Of a DNA stretch of 64,000 bases, positions 8,387 to 17,978 are shown piece by piece. Both the position numbers and the translations under genes were made by a program. Under the pieces are notes generated by a model. It saw only the letters and a program-made list of their open reading frames with translations. It was not told where the DNA came from and did no database searches. The stretch comes from an uncultured Spirochaetaceae bacterium (GTDB lineage Bacteria; Spirochaetota; Spirochaetia; SZUA-6; DRHE01): contig CAZPQC010000002.1 of NCBI GenBank assembly GCA_964588525.1, positions 9,721-73,720 of the forward strand, in the 5' to 3' direction. Positions within the stretch are counted from its first letter, which is position 1. Each line of letters begins with the position of its first letter.

Positions 8387-10054
8387 ATGAACGAAAGCGA
8401 ACGCGTTCACCCGGGTGTTCACGAGCTGAAGAGTGAATACCAGAAGGGAAAAATCAGCCGTCGGGAGTTCATCAGATACTCCGCTTTGCTCGGCATGTCC
8501 GCCGTGGCCGCCGGCAGGATGGTATATGCCGGCGGACAACAGCAACCTTCGGTGAGCCCGTCGGCAGCCGGAATCCGGAGGGGCGGAATGGTAAAAGCAG
8601 CCTGTGCCGTATTGAAGGTCGGGCACCCGGCCCAGCTGTCCTGGAACGCCCACGATCTGTTCTATATGCAGATCGCTTCCTATCTGACCTACACCGACGT
8701 GAAGAACGTCACGCACCCGTATCTGCTCAAGAATTGGCAAGTGAGCGACGATTTGAGGATCTGGAATCTGAATCTCAAAGAGGGGGTCAGCTTCAACAAC
8801 GGGGATGAGTTTACAGCCGACGATGTGATTTTTACCTACAACGAATGGCTGAACAAGGATGTCGGCTCTGCGATGCTGGGATTGGTGGGAAGTTATCTGG
8901 AGCCCACAGGAATCGAGAAGGTTTCCAAGTACCAGGTCAGGCTCCACCTGACCCGCCCGGAGATCGCCGTTCCGGAGCACCTGTTCCAGTTTCCCGCCCT
9001 CGTCTTGAACCATCGGACCTTCGAAGGGGACTTCCTCAAGGCACCCCACGGAACCGGTCCCTTCACCCTCGAGCTCTACCGGGAGGGCGAGGTTGCCCGG
9101 ATGAGGAGGCGTGAGGATTTCTGGATCAAGGGAGCCGACGGCAAGCCGCTTCCCTACGTGGATGGCATCGAGTTAATCGATATGGGAACCGAGTATCCGG
9201 CGCAGATCGCCGCATTGAAATCCGGAGACATTCACATCATGAACATGAGCGACGGGGCACCCGCCGCAACGATCTTCCAGGCCGTGAAGGGAGATCCCAA
9301 TATAGAGGTGGTAGGATTTCCCACGGCCCGAGTCAAAGTCATACGCATGCGTTCGGACATCGAGCCCTTCAACGACAACCGGGTGCGATCGGCCCTGAAG
9401 AAGTGTCAGAACCGGGAGAAAATCCTGAAGCTGGCCCACTTCGGGGAAGGCGTGTTGGGTCACGATACCCATGTATCCCCGGCTCATCCTGATTTCTGCG
9501 AAATGCCGGTGCCCAAATACGATCCGGAAGGGGCCAGGCGGCTCCTGACGGAGGCCGGATATTCGACCGGCTTGGACATCAAGATCGCGGTCATCGCCGA
9601 CCAGTCCGATGCGGTGCGGACCGCCGAGGTGCTCAAAGAAGACTGCGCCGCTGCCGGTTTCAGGCTCACGATTGACACCATGCCGGCGAGCAAATACTGG
9701 GAGCAGTGGACCGAGGTCGATCTGGGCATCACCCAGTGGGCTCACCGCCCGCTGGGCACCATGGTATTGGGTCTGGCGTACGTCAGCGATTCCGAGGGCA
9801 AGCCGGTGGCCTGGAACGAAACCCGCTGGGTGGATCCGGAGTTCAACGATCTGTACAAGCAGGCCAGCGGGACCTACGACGTGAACGAGCGCCGGAAGAT
9901 CATGTGCAAGCTGGAGACGATTCAGATGGAGCGGGGGTCGATCGGCATCGCCTATTGGCAGAATTTCTGGTCCCTCCACAACAGGAAATTCCGGGATGTT
10001 CCGTCCTCACCGATCGATGTCTGGTACTTCGACGGCAGCTGGCTGGAGGCGTAA
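8387..10054 (+). CDS. ABC transporter substrate-binding protein, family 5 (peptide/opine/nickel type) with a twin-arginine signal
   Basis: The SRREFIRYSALLGMSAVAAG Tat motif is present, along with family-5 SBP length and composition. An AGGAGG SD sits 7 nt upstream of the ATG. Confidence 0.9.
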   Translation: MNESERVHPGVHELKSEYQKGKISRREFIRYSALLGMSAVAAGRMVYAGGQQQPSVSPSAAGIRRGGMVKAACAVLKVGHPAQLSWNAHDLFYMQIASYLTYTDVKNVTHPYLLKNWQVSDDLRIWNLNLKEGVSFNNGDEFTADDVIFTYNEWLNKDVGSAMLGLVGSYLEPTGIEKVSKYQVRLHLTRPEIAVPEHLFQFPALVLNHRTFEGDFLKAPHGTGPFTLELYREGEVARMRRREDFWIKGADGKPLPYVDGIELIDMGTEYPAQIAALKSGDIHIMNMSDGAPAATIFQAVKGDPNIEVVGFPTARVKVIRMRSDIEPFNDNRVRSALKKCQNREKILKLAHFGEGVLGHDTHVSPAHPDFCEMPVPKYDPEGARRLLTEAGYSTGLDIKIAVIADQSDAVRTAEVLKEDCAAAGFRLTIDTMPASKYWEQWTEVDLGITQWAHRPLGTMVLGLAYVSDSEGKPVAWNETRWVDPEFNDLYKQASGTYDVNERRKIMCKLETIQMERGSIGIAYWQNFWSLHNRKFRDVPSSPIDVWYFDGSWLEA

Positions 10055-10178
10055 GCTGCGAGTGCTTCCAGGAAACAGACCCGTAGACAGTCGCACAGAC
10101 AGATGACTCAAGGGAGTGCTTTGGTGGGGAACCAGGGTGCCCTCTACTGTTTTCACGTTTTCAAACCGGTCTTGAACA

Positions 10179-11477
10179 ATGGCTAAGTTCATCATCCGTC
10201 GCTTTCTTCTCCTCCTGATCACCATGCTCTTCGTTTCCGTCGCGGTTTTCCTGCTCACCGAGTCGGCCCCGGGAAACGTAGCCCGGACCATTCTGGGAAC
10301 GTTCGTCACGCCGGAGCAGGAAGCCTCTTTCATGGCCCAGGTGGGTTTGGACAAACCCGCCTATTTGCGTTACATCTACTGGTTCATCGGCAGTGACTGG
10401 CATGCCCGCAGCAAGATCGGGCTGCCCTTGAAAACCGTGGTCGGAAACGAGGGGTACCGGGAGTGGTGGGCGGAAAGTGAGGACGGAGAGCTGATCCGCT
10501 GGAAGCTGCGGGGGGAAGACCTGATTGCCGAAGTACGGAATCCCGACGGTTCGACCCGAGAGTTCACGGACAACCGGCGATGGCGGTTCGATGAAGGGGG
10601 GCTGCAGAGCTTCTGGGGCGTCAACAACAGCAACACCGCGGTCAAGTGGGAAAAAGGCTCGGGAGAAACGAGCTGGACCTTCATCTACGGAACCGGCTGG
10701 TTCGAAAGCACCGGTGCACCGACGGAGTTCATACCCCTGCAGCGGGGATTCATCAGGGGGGATCCGGGCATATCCCTGCGAACCGGTCGTCCGGTATCGG
10801 CCAGCCTGTTTTCGCGCCTGCGCAATTCCCTGGTCCTGGCGTTTCTGGCCTTCGTCGTGGTCATGCCGATCTCCCTGCTGCTGGGAATCATCGCCGGACT
10901 CAAGGAGGGTTCCTTCCAGGATCGGCTGCTCTCGGTCACCGGGATGATGTTTACGGTGATTCCCATGTTCGTGACCGGCATTTTTCTCATTCTCATCTTC
11001 TCCATCTGGTTGAAATGGCTTCCCGGTGCCTCGATCTTCAGCGATCAGGCTCCCTGGACGCGGCCGAAGATGCTGGTTCTGCCTCTGTTGACCCTGACCC
11101 TCGCGGAGCTGGGTTACATCATGCGGATCACCCGGGCCAGCATGGTGGAGACCATGCGTTCCCCCTACATCCGAACGGCCCTGCTGAAAGGACTTCCCTA
11201 TCGGCGTATCGTGCTCAAGCACGCGGTCCGCAATGCCCTCATGGCACCGATCACGGTGATTATGCTTCACATCAGCTGGCTGCTGGGGGGAATCGTGATC
11301 GTGGAAGCGGTATTCGGTTATCCCGGACTGGGCAAGTACATTCTGGAATCGGCGCTGTACAAGGATGTGAACGCCATCGAGGCCAGCGTCATGCTCCTGG
11401 TGGTGGTCGCCGTGGGAACCCAGTTGATCGCGGATATCGTCTATACCTTTCTGAACCCCCGGATCCGCTATGCCTGA
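10179..11477 (+). CDS. ABC transporter permease (DppB/OppB-like) with an enlarged periplasmic loop
   Basis: 432 aa with an N-terminal TM helix and a C-terminal BPD-transporter core. About 100 extra residues lie between TM1 and TM2. Confidence 0.9.
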   Translation: MAKFIIRRFLLLLITMLFVSVAVFLLTESAPGNVARTILGTFVTPEQEASFMAQVGLDKPAYLRYIYWFIGSDWHARSKIGLPLKTVVGNEGYREWWAESEDGELIRWKLRGEDLIAEVRNPDGSTREFTDNRRWRFDEGGLQSFWGVNNSNTAVKWEKGSGETSWTFIYGTGWFESTGAPTEFIPLQRGFIRGDPGISLRTGRPVSASLFSRLRNSLVLAFLAFVVVMPISLLLGIIAGLKEGSFQDRLLSVTGMMFTVIPMFVTGIFLILIFSIWLKWLPGASIFSDQAPWTRPKMLVLPLLTLTLAELGYIMRITRASMVETMRSPYIRTALLKGLPYRRIVLKHAVRNALMAPITVIMLHISWLLGGIVIVEAVFGYPGLGKYILESALYKDVNAIEASVMLLVVVAVGTQLIADIVYTFLNPRIRYA

Positions 11478-12459
11478 GCCGCGACTGCGGGCCGAGCCGA
11501 AGGTTACCGGACGACTGCTGCCGCGGCAGGGGCAACAGCGGCTGAAGCAGCAGGAACAGCGGCTCAGGCAGCATCAAAAGCGCCGGAAACTTCGAGGGCT
11601 GGCGTCGATCCATCCGGTATTCGCATCCCGGACGGCCATGGTCGGCATATTCATCGTCCTTTTCTGGGTGATCGTTGCTCTGTTCGCGCCGCTGCTCACC
11701 CCCTACACCCCAACCGAGCAGGACTGGCAGTTCGTGAACGAAGGGCCCACCAGGAAACATCCTCTGGGCACCGATGACCTGGGCAGGGACCTGTGGGCCA
11801 GGTTGATCTACGGCGCCCGGGTCGTGCTGGTTGCCCTGCCGATCTCGGAGAGCTTTTCTCTCCCCGGAGGCACGGTCATCTGGGGCGTATTGGCCGCCGT
11901 GGTGATCGGCACCTTGCTGGGTTTGCTCGGCGGCTACAGGGGCGGCTGGCTCGATGAGATCATCATGCGGATCCTGGACGCCATGATATCCATCCCCCTG
12001 ATCCTCCTCTACCTCCTGATCCTCTCCTCTATCGGCGCCTCGGCTGTGAACGTGGTCATCGCCATTGCGGTGGTGGGAGTACCCGGTATGGCTCGCCTGG
12101 TTCGCAGCCTGACCCTGGACATCCGGACCCGGGAGTATGTGCGGGCCGCCGAAACCCGTGGGGAGAGCGGCCTCTACATCATGGTGGTGGAGATCCTGCC
12201 GAACGCCGTGGGGCCGGTGATCGTTGATGCCATGCTGCGCGTCGGCTATGCCATCTTCGCCATGGGTACCCTGGGCTTTCTGGGGCTGGGTCTGCCCCCT
12301 CCCTCCCCCGACTGGGGCAGCATGATCGCCAAGGGCAGGGAGTTCATCTTCATCAGCCCCTGGGCGGCGCTCTGGCCCTCCATCGCCATAGGCACGCTGG
12401 TGGTAGGGCTGAACCTGTTCGCCGACGGGCTGCGGGAAGAGACGATGCGTTACCGTTAA
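11470..12459 (+). CDS. ABC transporter permease (DppC/OppC-like)
   Basis: The LFAPLLTPYTP N-terminal motif and a multi-TM core are present. The start overlaps the previous gene by 8 nt. Confidence 0.9.
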   Translation: MPEPRLRAEPKVTGRLLPRQGQQRLKQQEQRLRQHQKRRKLRGLASIHPVFASRTAMVGIFIVLFWVIVALFAPLLTPYTPTEQDWQFVNEGPTRKHPLGTDDLGRDLWARLIYGARVVLVALPISESFSLPGGTVIWGVLAAVVIGTLLGLLGGYRGGWLDEIIMRILDAMISIPLILLYLLILSSIGASAVNVVIAIAVVGVPGMARLVRSLTLDIRTREYVRAAETRGESGLYIMVVEILPNAVGPVIVDAMLRVGYAIFAMGTLGFLGLGLPPPSPDWGSMIAKGREFIFISPWAALWPSIAIGTLVVGLNLFADGLREETMRYR

Positions 12460-12482
12460 AGCTTCGCGGAGATAGAGAGTTT

Positions 12483-14579
12483 ATGAGCACACGGTTGTCA
12501 CCGTCAACTGATTCTCTTGTACTGAACGTCGAGGGGCTACATATCGCCTACGACACACCGGTCGGAGAGATTCGGGCAGTGAGCAACGTCTCGTTTCGGG
12601 TCCGTCAGGGCGAAACCGTCGGTATCGTGGGCGAATCCGGCTGCGGGAAGAGCACGATCGCCTTCGGTGTCGTCAATTTCCTGGGAACCAACGGCCGCAT
12701 TACCGACGGCAGTATCGAGTTCCAGGGACGGGAGCTGGTGGGCTGCCCGCTTCGGGAGCTGCGGGAGATTCGGGGTAACCGGATTTCCATGGTGTACCAG
12801 GATCCCATGCAGGCCCTCAATCCGGTTCTTCGCATCGGCGATCAGCTGATCGAGGTGCTCATCGTTCATCAGCGCATCTCCAAGGATTCCGCCTGGGAGC
12901 AATCCATCGAGATGCTCGAACAAGTGTACATGCCCGATCCCGATATCGTGATGAACCGCTATCCCCACCAGCTCTCCGGCGGCCAGCAGCAACGGGTGGT
13001 GATCGCCATGGCCATGCTCAACCGCCCGGCCCTGCTGATCATGGATGAGCCAACTACGGCTCTAGATGTGACGGTCGAAGCGGTGGTGCTTGATCTGGTG
13101 GATGAGCTGAAGCAGGAGTTCAACACAGGGATCATCTACATCACCCATAACCTCGGAGTCATCGCCCGGGTGAGCGATCATCTGAACGTCATGTACGCCG
13201 GAGAGTTCGTGGAGAGAGGTTCCGTTCGGGAGATCTTCGCGAATCCGGTTCATCCATATACCCGGGGTTTGTTGCACTGTGTTCCCCGGCTGGAGACCAG
13301 CAGCCGGATGTCCCGGCTGTACAACATAAAGGGCCGCGTACCCTCGCTGTCCGAGCGGCCGGAGGACACCTGCATTTTTACACCCCGTTGCCAGTACGCT
13401 CAGGATCGCTGCTACGCCGGACATCCGGAAATCGAAGAGTTTTCGAGCGGGCACGACGTGCGCTGCTGGTATGGACGTGAAACGAAGGTACAGCCCCTGG
13501 TTCAACAGAGCGCCGAAGAGGCGGTTCGTGCCGAAGCGGGAACTGCGGGAAACGAGCCGATCCTGAAGGCGGAACACCTGCGGATCTACTACGAGCAGGA
13601 ATCGAGGTCCGTCCTCAGCCTGATCGGGCTGGGCAAGAGAGAGTTCATCAAGGCGGTGGATGACATCACCCTTCAGATTATGCGGGGGGAAACGTTGGGA
13701 GTTGTGGGAGAATCCGGCTGCGGCAAGAGTACTCTTGCCAAAGGGATCATCGGGCTGGAGAAGATTTCCGGGGGCGGGGCGGAGTTCCTGCAATTCGACC
13801 TCTCCGAGCCGCTGGCCGGGCGCGCGCTGGACCTGGTTAAGGATATCCAGATGGTATTCCAGAATCCGGATGCGACCCTGAATCCCTCGTTCGTGGTCGG
13901 CAGGCAGATCGCAAGGCCTTTGAAGCGATTCAGGAGTGTTGCCGGAAACCGGGTCAGATCCGAGGTCGACCGGCTGCTCCAGGCCGTGCGGTTGAATCCC
14001 AACTATTACAACCGTTTTCCCCGGCAATTGAGCGGCGGGGAGAAGCAGCGGGTGGGAATTGCCCGAGCCCTGGCAAGTAGACCGGAGCTGATGATCTGTG
14101 ACGAGCCGGTCTCCGCTCTGGATGTTTCGGTCCAGGCGGCGGTGCTCAATCTGCTCAAGGACATCCAGGCGGAAACCGGGAATACCATCATGTTCATCGC
14201 CCATGACCTGAGTGTCGTGCGCTTTTTTGCGGGTTTCATCATCGTCATGTACCTCGGTCAAATCGCCGAATACGGGCCAACGGAATCGATCTTTAACCTG
14301 CCCTATCATCCCTACACCGAAGCCCTCCTTTCGGCAGTTCCGATCCCCGATCCCGACGCTCAAGAGAGGCGCATCCGCCTCAGCGGGGAGGTGCCCAGCA
14401 GCCTCAATCCGCCCACCGGCTGCCGTTTCCACACCCGCTGCCCGCGTAGAGGCGCCCTGCCCGACGGGGGGAAGGTCTGCGAGACCCAGCCGCCGCCGAT
14501 GCGGGAGCTTCACGCGGGCCACTTGATCTTCTGCCATTTGTCAGCTCAAGATCTTGCCGGACTCCAGTCGGAACTCTGA
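12483..14579 (+). CDS. ABC transporter ATP-binding protein with two fused ATPase domains (DppD-DppF type)
   Basis: There are two Walker A motifs (GESGCGKS twice), two LSGGQ/LSGGE signatures, and oligopeptide-type C-terminal Cys-rich tails. Confidence 0.9.
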   Translation: MSTRLSPSTDSLVLNVEGLHIAYDTPVGEIRAVSNVSFRVRQGETVGIVGESGCGKSTIAFGVVNFLGTNGRITDGSIEFQGRELVGCPLRELREIRGNRISMVYQDPMQALNPVLRIGDQLIEVLIVHQRISKDSAWEQSIEMLEQVYMPDPDIVMNRYPHQLSGGQQQRVVIAMAMLNRPALLIMDEPTTALDVTVEAVVLDLVDELKQEFNTGIIYITHNLGVIARVSDHLNVMYAGEFVERGSVREIFANPVHPYTRGLLHCVPRLETSSRMSRLYNIKGRVPSLSERPEDTCIFTPRCQYAQDRCYAGHPEIEEFSSGHDVRCWYGRETKVQPLVQQSAEEAVRAEAGTAGNEPILKAEHLRIYYEQESRSVLSLIGLGKREFIKAVDDITLQIMRGETLGVVGESGCGKSTLAKGIIGLEKISGGGAEFLQFDLSEPLAGRALDLVKDIQMVFQNPDATLNPSFVVGRQIARPLKRFRSVAGNRVRSEVDRLLQAVRLNPNYYNRFPRQLSGGEKQRVGIARALASRPELMICDEPVSALDVSVQAAVLNLLKDIQAETGNTIMFIAHDLSVVRFFAGFIIVMYLGQIAEYGPTESIFNLPYHPYTEALLSAVPIPDPDAQERRIRLSGEVPSSLNPPTGCRFHTRCPRRGALPDGGKVCETQPPPMRELHAGHLIFCHLSAQDLAGLQSEL

Positions 14580-14598
14580 TATCAGGAGAACATCCCGG

Positions 14599-16068
14599 AT
14601 GAGCACTTCGGATCTTTTCGGTCGACCAAGACTTCAGTTCCTGTCTTCAGAACAGTCTGAACGTATTCATCTTGCATCTTTGAGGTTGCTCGAAACAGCC
14701 GGCGTGAGGATCCACCTCCCGGAAGCCGTGGACCTGCTGGTGAAGGCGGGAGCCGAAGCGCGAAATGCTTCAACCGTATGCATCCCGCGGGGGCTGGTTG
14801 AAGAAGCCTTGAAAGCGGCTCCCCGAAGCATATCCATCGGGAATCGTCGCGGTGATTCGGCCATGGTCTTGAAAGCGGGCAACAGTTACTACGGCACGGG
14901 TCCCACGATCCAGTACGTCTACGATATCGACACGGGGCAGCGGAGGCCGACCGACTACGAGGATATCGAAAAGGCCGCCCGCATCTGCGACTATCTTTCC
15001 AACATTGATTTTGTCATGCCCATGGGAATGACCGCCGGGGTGGATCCCGCTTCCCGGGGCATCGATCCCAAAGTAACCGACCGCTACGATTTCGCGGCCA
15101 TGCTGCGAAACACCACCAAACCGTTGATGTGTTCCTGCTGGTCCCTCCAAGGCCTGGCCGACATCTGCGATATGGCGGCCGCGGTTCGGGGAGGCGAACA
15201 GGGCTTACGAGACAATCCGCTGTTTATCCTGTTCCGCCAGCCGATCTCGCCGTTGACCCACGATGTCGAGCCCCTGCGGGCGGTCCTGTACTGTGCGGAC
15301 ATGGGCATTCCTGTCTGCTACGCCAGCTATCCCTTGATGGGAGCTACCGGTCCGGCAACCCTGGCGGGCGCAGTGGCTCTGTCCAATGCCGAGTTCTTGA
15401 GCGGGTTGGTCATCAGTCAGCTGCGAAGACCGGGATCTCCGGTGATATTTAATGCCGGCGGCGGCCCCATGGACATGAGAGCCGGCAGCACTCCCTACAA
15501 CGCTCCTGAGAGCTTCCTCGGGGAGATGGCAGGAAGAGCCATGGGCGAGTTTTACGGATTGCCGAACTACAGCTATGGAGGGCTGACCGATTCCAAGCTG
15601 CTCGACGAACAGGCGGGGGCCGAAGCAGCTCTCTCCTTGTTTCAATCCACCCTTGCCGGCAGCACGCTCATCCACGACGTGGGCTACATGGACACGGGAA
15701 TGACGGGCAGCTGGGAGCTGATCGTTCTGGGGGACGAGATCATCGGCCATCTCAAACGAATCATGGCGGGAATCGATTTGAGGGACGAGCAGCTCGCCCT
15801 GGAAGTGATCGAAACGGTGGGTCCAGGCGGGCACTTCCTGATGGAGGATCACACCCTCCGGCACTTCAGGGACGTCTGGTATCCGAAGGTGATCAACCGG
15901 GAGGAATATTCGGTATGGGCCGGAAGGGGGGCCAAACCCCTGCGGGAGGTGCTGCGGGAAAAGGTCCGCTGGATCCTCGAGAACCATCAGCCGGAGCAGC
16001 TGCCCGCGGAGGTAGAGGCGCAGGTCGAATCCATCCTACAGAGAGCTGTAAGGGAAACAGCACCCTGA
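14599..16068 (+). CDS. Second MttB-superfamily methyltransferase, non-pyrrolysine type
   Basis: About 489 aa from the ATG at 14599, which has an AGGAGA SD upstream. It is paralogous in layout to 3032..4462 and has no in-frame TAG. Confidence 0.9.
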   Translation: MSTSDLFGRPRLQFLSSEQSERIHLASLRLLETAGVRIHLPEAVDLLVKAGAEARNASTVCIPRGLVEEALKAAPRSISIGNRRGDSAMVLKAGNSYYGTGPTIQYVYDIDTGQRRPTDYEDIEKAARICDYLSNIDFVMPMGMTAGVDPASRGIDPKVTDRYDFAAMLRNTTKPLMCSCWSLQGLADICDMAAAVRGGEQGLRDNPLFILFRQPISPLTHDVEPLRAVLYCADMGIPVCYASYPLMGATGPATLAGAVALSNAEFLSGLVISQLRRPGSPVIFNAGGGPMDMRAGSTPYNAPESFLGEMAGRAMGEFYGLPNYSYGGLTDSKLLDEQAGAEAALSLFQSTLAGSTLIHDVGYMDTGMTGSWELIVLGDEIIGHLKRIMAGIDLRDEQLALEVIETVGPGGHFLMEDHTLRHFRDVWYPKVINREEYSVWAGRGAKPLREVLREKVRWILENHQPEQLPAEVEAQVESILQRAVRETAP

Positions 16069-16085
16069 GTACACCGAGATAGTAA

Positions 16086-16115
16086 TTGACACATGTGTAT
16101 GTGTATGTGTATATT
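16086..16115 (+). promoter_or_regulatory. Sigma70-type promoter whose spacer is an (ATGTGT)x3 hexanucleotide repeat
   Basis: TTGACA (16086-16091), an 18-nt spacer made of the repeat at 16093-16110, then TATATT (16110-16115). Confidence 0.45.
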
Positions 16116-16129
16116 TACCGTGGAAGAGG

Positions 16130-16456
16130 TTGCATCAGATAATGTACAGAGCCCAGATACTGCTTGACCCGCAGCAGCATCAAGCCCTACGCGAACTTGC
16201 CAAACGTCAGGGACGGAGTATCTCCTCCGTAGTGCGTGAAATGATCAACGATCGGCTGGTCAGGCTGAAAGAGGAACAGGACAGTCAACTTCGTCACCAT
16301 CTTGCAGTGATCGACCGAATACGGGATCACAAGAGGGCGGTGTTGGACAAACGGGATAGTCGGCGCCTTGCCGTGGATATCGCGAGAATTATCGAAGAAA
16401 ACAGAGCCGAACGGAATGGAAGCATCGTCGGAGCAGGTCGCCAGTCTGGTGATTGA
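16130..16456 (+). CDS. vapB: Ribbon-helix-helix (CopG/VapB-like) antitoxin
   Basis: The sequence YRAQILLDPQQHQALRELAKRQGRSISSVVREMI is a typical RHH N-terminus. The start is TTG 16130 or ATG 16142. It overlaps the downstream PIN gene. Confidence 0.7.
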   Translation: MHQIMYRAQILLDPQQHQALRELAKRQGRSISSVVREMINDRLVRLKEEQDSQLRHHLAVIDRIRDHKRAVLDKRDSRRLAVDIARIIEENRAERNGSIVGAGRQSGD

Positions 16457-16889
16457 TGCCAGCATCGCGGTTTGGGCCGTTGTCCCTGCTGCGGCCCCCT
16501 TCGATACGCTGAAGTTGATCGGTGGGTGGCGCCGGAGGGGAGTTCGGCTGCTCTCGCCGAGCCTCTTTCTCGCTGAGAGCACATCAGCCATCCGAAAACT
16601 CGTTCACGGCGGAATACTATCGGTAGAGGAAGGATCAACGGCTCTGTCCGATCTGTTGGATCTGGATGTCGATATCATCCAGGAGACCGGTGAGCATTGC
16701 AGGGCAGCGTTCCGTTGGGCAGAACGGCTCGAACAATCCAAGGCCTACGACGGATTCTACCTGGCTGTTGCGGAGTATGCCGATTCCGAGCTTTGGACAG
16801 CGGATGAGAGACTGGTTCACTCCGCTCGTGATAAGAACATCGGCTGGGTTCATTGGGCCGGTGAGGCTGGAACTGCAATTACAGAGTGA
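16416..16889 (+). CDS. vapC: PIN-domain toxin (VapC-like)
   Basis: The acidic PIN residues appear to be present (VIDAS, LAEST, YDGFYLAV, WTADERL). The ATG at 16416 overlaps the antitoxin gene. Confidence 0.8.
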   Translation: MEASSEQVASLVIDASIAVWAVVPAAAPFDTLKLIGGWRRRGVRLLSPSLFLAESTSAIRKLVHGGILSVEEGSTALSDLLDLDVDIIQETGEHCRAAFRWAERLEQSKAYDGFYLAVAEYADSELWTADERLVHSARDKNIGWVHWAGEAGTAITE

Positions 16890-17665
16890 AATCTGACAAG
16901 AAAAATACGAAAATACAAGCAAACCCCCAGGGGGAGATGTCCTTTATCGATCATCTCAGGGAGTTGCGCAGACGGATCATCGTCTCGATGATCGCGATCC
17001 TCTGCGCGGCCATCGTCTCCTACATCTTCTTCGACTATATAGTGGCCTTTTTGTTCCAACCCTTCCGGGAGATCGAAGCCCTGTCGGTCCGAGACGAGAT
17101 CCTGTTCATCAACACGATTTTCGAGGGATTCCTGGTACGCCTGAAAGTGGCGATTCTGGCCGGGATCGTGTTCTCCCTTCCTGTTCACGTGTTCAACATC
17201 ATCAGGTTCGTACTTCCGGGCCTTACGGCGAAAGAAAAAAAGATCATTCTCATCTCTCTGATCGTCAGCTTCTGCCTGATCGTGTTCAGTTTCTACTACG
17301 GCTATTTCAACGTCATCCCTATTTCGATAGGATTCCTCAGCAGCTCCGGGTTCATCCCCGAGGACGTGGGATTGCTGCTCAACTACGGGAAAAACATCTT
17401 CGTGATCTTCCAGTTTCTCATGATCACGGTCGTTGTATTCCAGCTGCCGATCATCCTGGAGATCCTGATGATCATGAACGTCTTGAGCCGCAAGGCGCTG
17501 CTGAAGGCGAGCCGCTTCATCGTGGTCGGCATCTTTGTACTGGCGGCGATCGTCACGCCGCCGGATTTCGTGTCCCAGATCAGCATAGCCCTGCCCCTGG
17601 TCGGGCTGTTCTTCCTCACCATTCTGATCGCCAGGATCTTCCACTTCGGGAAGGGACAGCCGTAG
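16886..17665 (+). CDS. tatC: Twin-arginine translocase subunit TatC
   Basis: The MSFIDHLRELRRR motif and six predicted TM segments are present. The GTG at 16886 overlaps the vapC stop codon (GTGA). An alternative ATG lies at 16937. Confidence 0.9.
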   Translation: MKSDKKNTKIQANPQGEMSFIDHLRELRRRIIVSMIAILCAAIVSYIFFDYIVAFLFQPFREIEALSVRDEILFINTIFEGFLVRLKVAILAGIVFSLPVHVFNIIRFVLPGLTAKEKKIILISLIVSFCLIVFSFYYGYFNVIPISIGFLSSSGFIPEDVGLLLNYGKNIFVIFQFLMITVVVFQLPIILEILMIMNVLSRKALLKASRFIVVGIFVLAAIVTPPDFVSQISIALPLVGLFFLTILIARIFHFGKGQP

Positions 17666-17686
17666 GGCGGGAGGGGAGAAGAGTCG

Positions 17687-17929
17687 GTGTTTGGTCTTGG
17701 TTTTGTCGAAATCCTGGTTATTTTCCTGGTAGCCATCATCTTCATAAATCCGAAGGATCTTCCCAAGGTCTTCCGCCGTTTGGGCCGCCTAGTGCGGCAG
17801 CTGCGGGACATCCGGGACAGCTCCGTGCAGTACATGAGGAGAATAGAAAGAGAGATCGAAGAGGAGGATCATAAGAATCAGACTCCCGAGGAAGAAACGC
17901 AGAGCGGGGCGGAAGAAGAGCAACCCTAG
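17687..17929 (+). CDS. tatB: TatA/TatB-family protein, TatB-like
   Basis: The N-terminal FGLGFVEILVIFLVAIIFINPKDLPK segment is followed by an amphipathic, acidic tail. Confidence 0.8.
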   Translation: MFGLGFVEILVIFLVAIIFINPKDLPKVFRRLGRLVRQLRDIRDSSVQYMRRIEREIEEEDHKNQTPEEETQSGAEEEQP

Positions 17930-17978
17930 TTCCCTGCAGCCGCTTATAGTGTATATTTGTATGTAGAGAGAGGTAACT

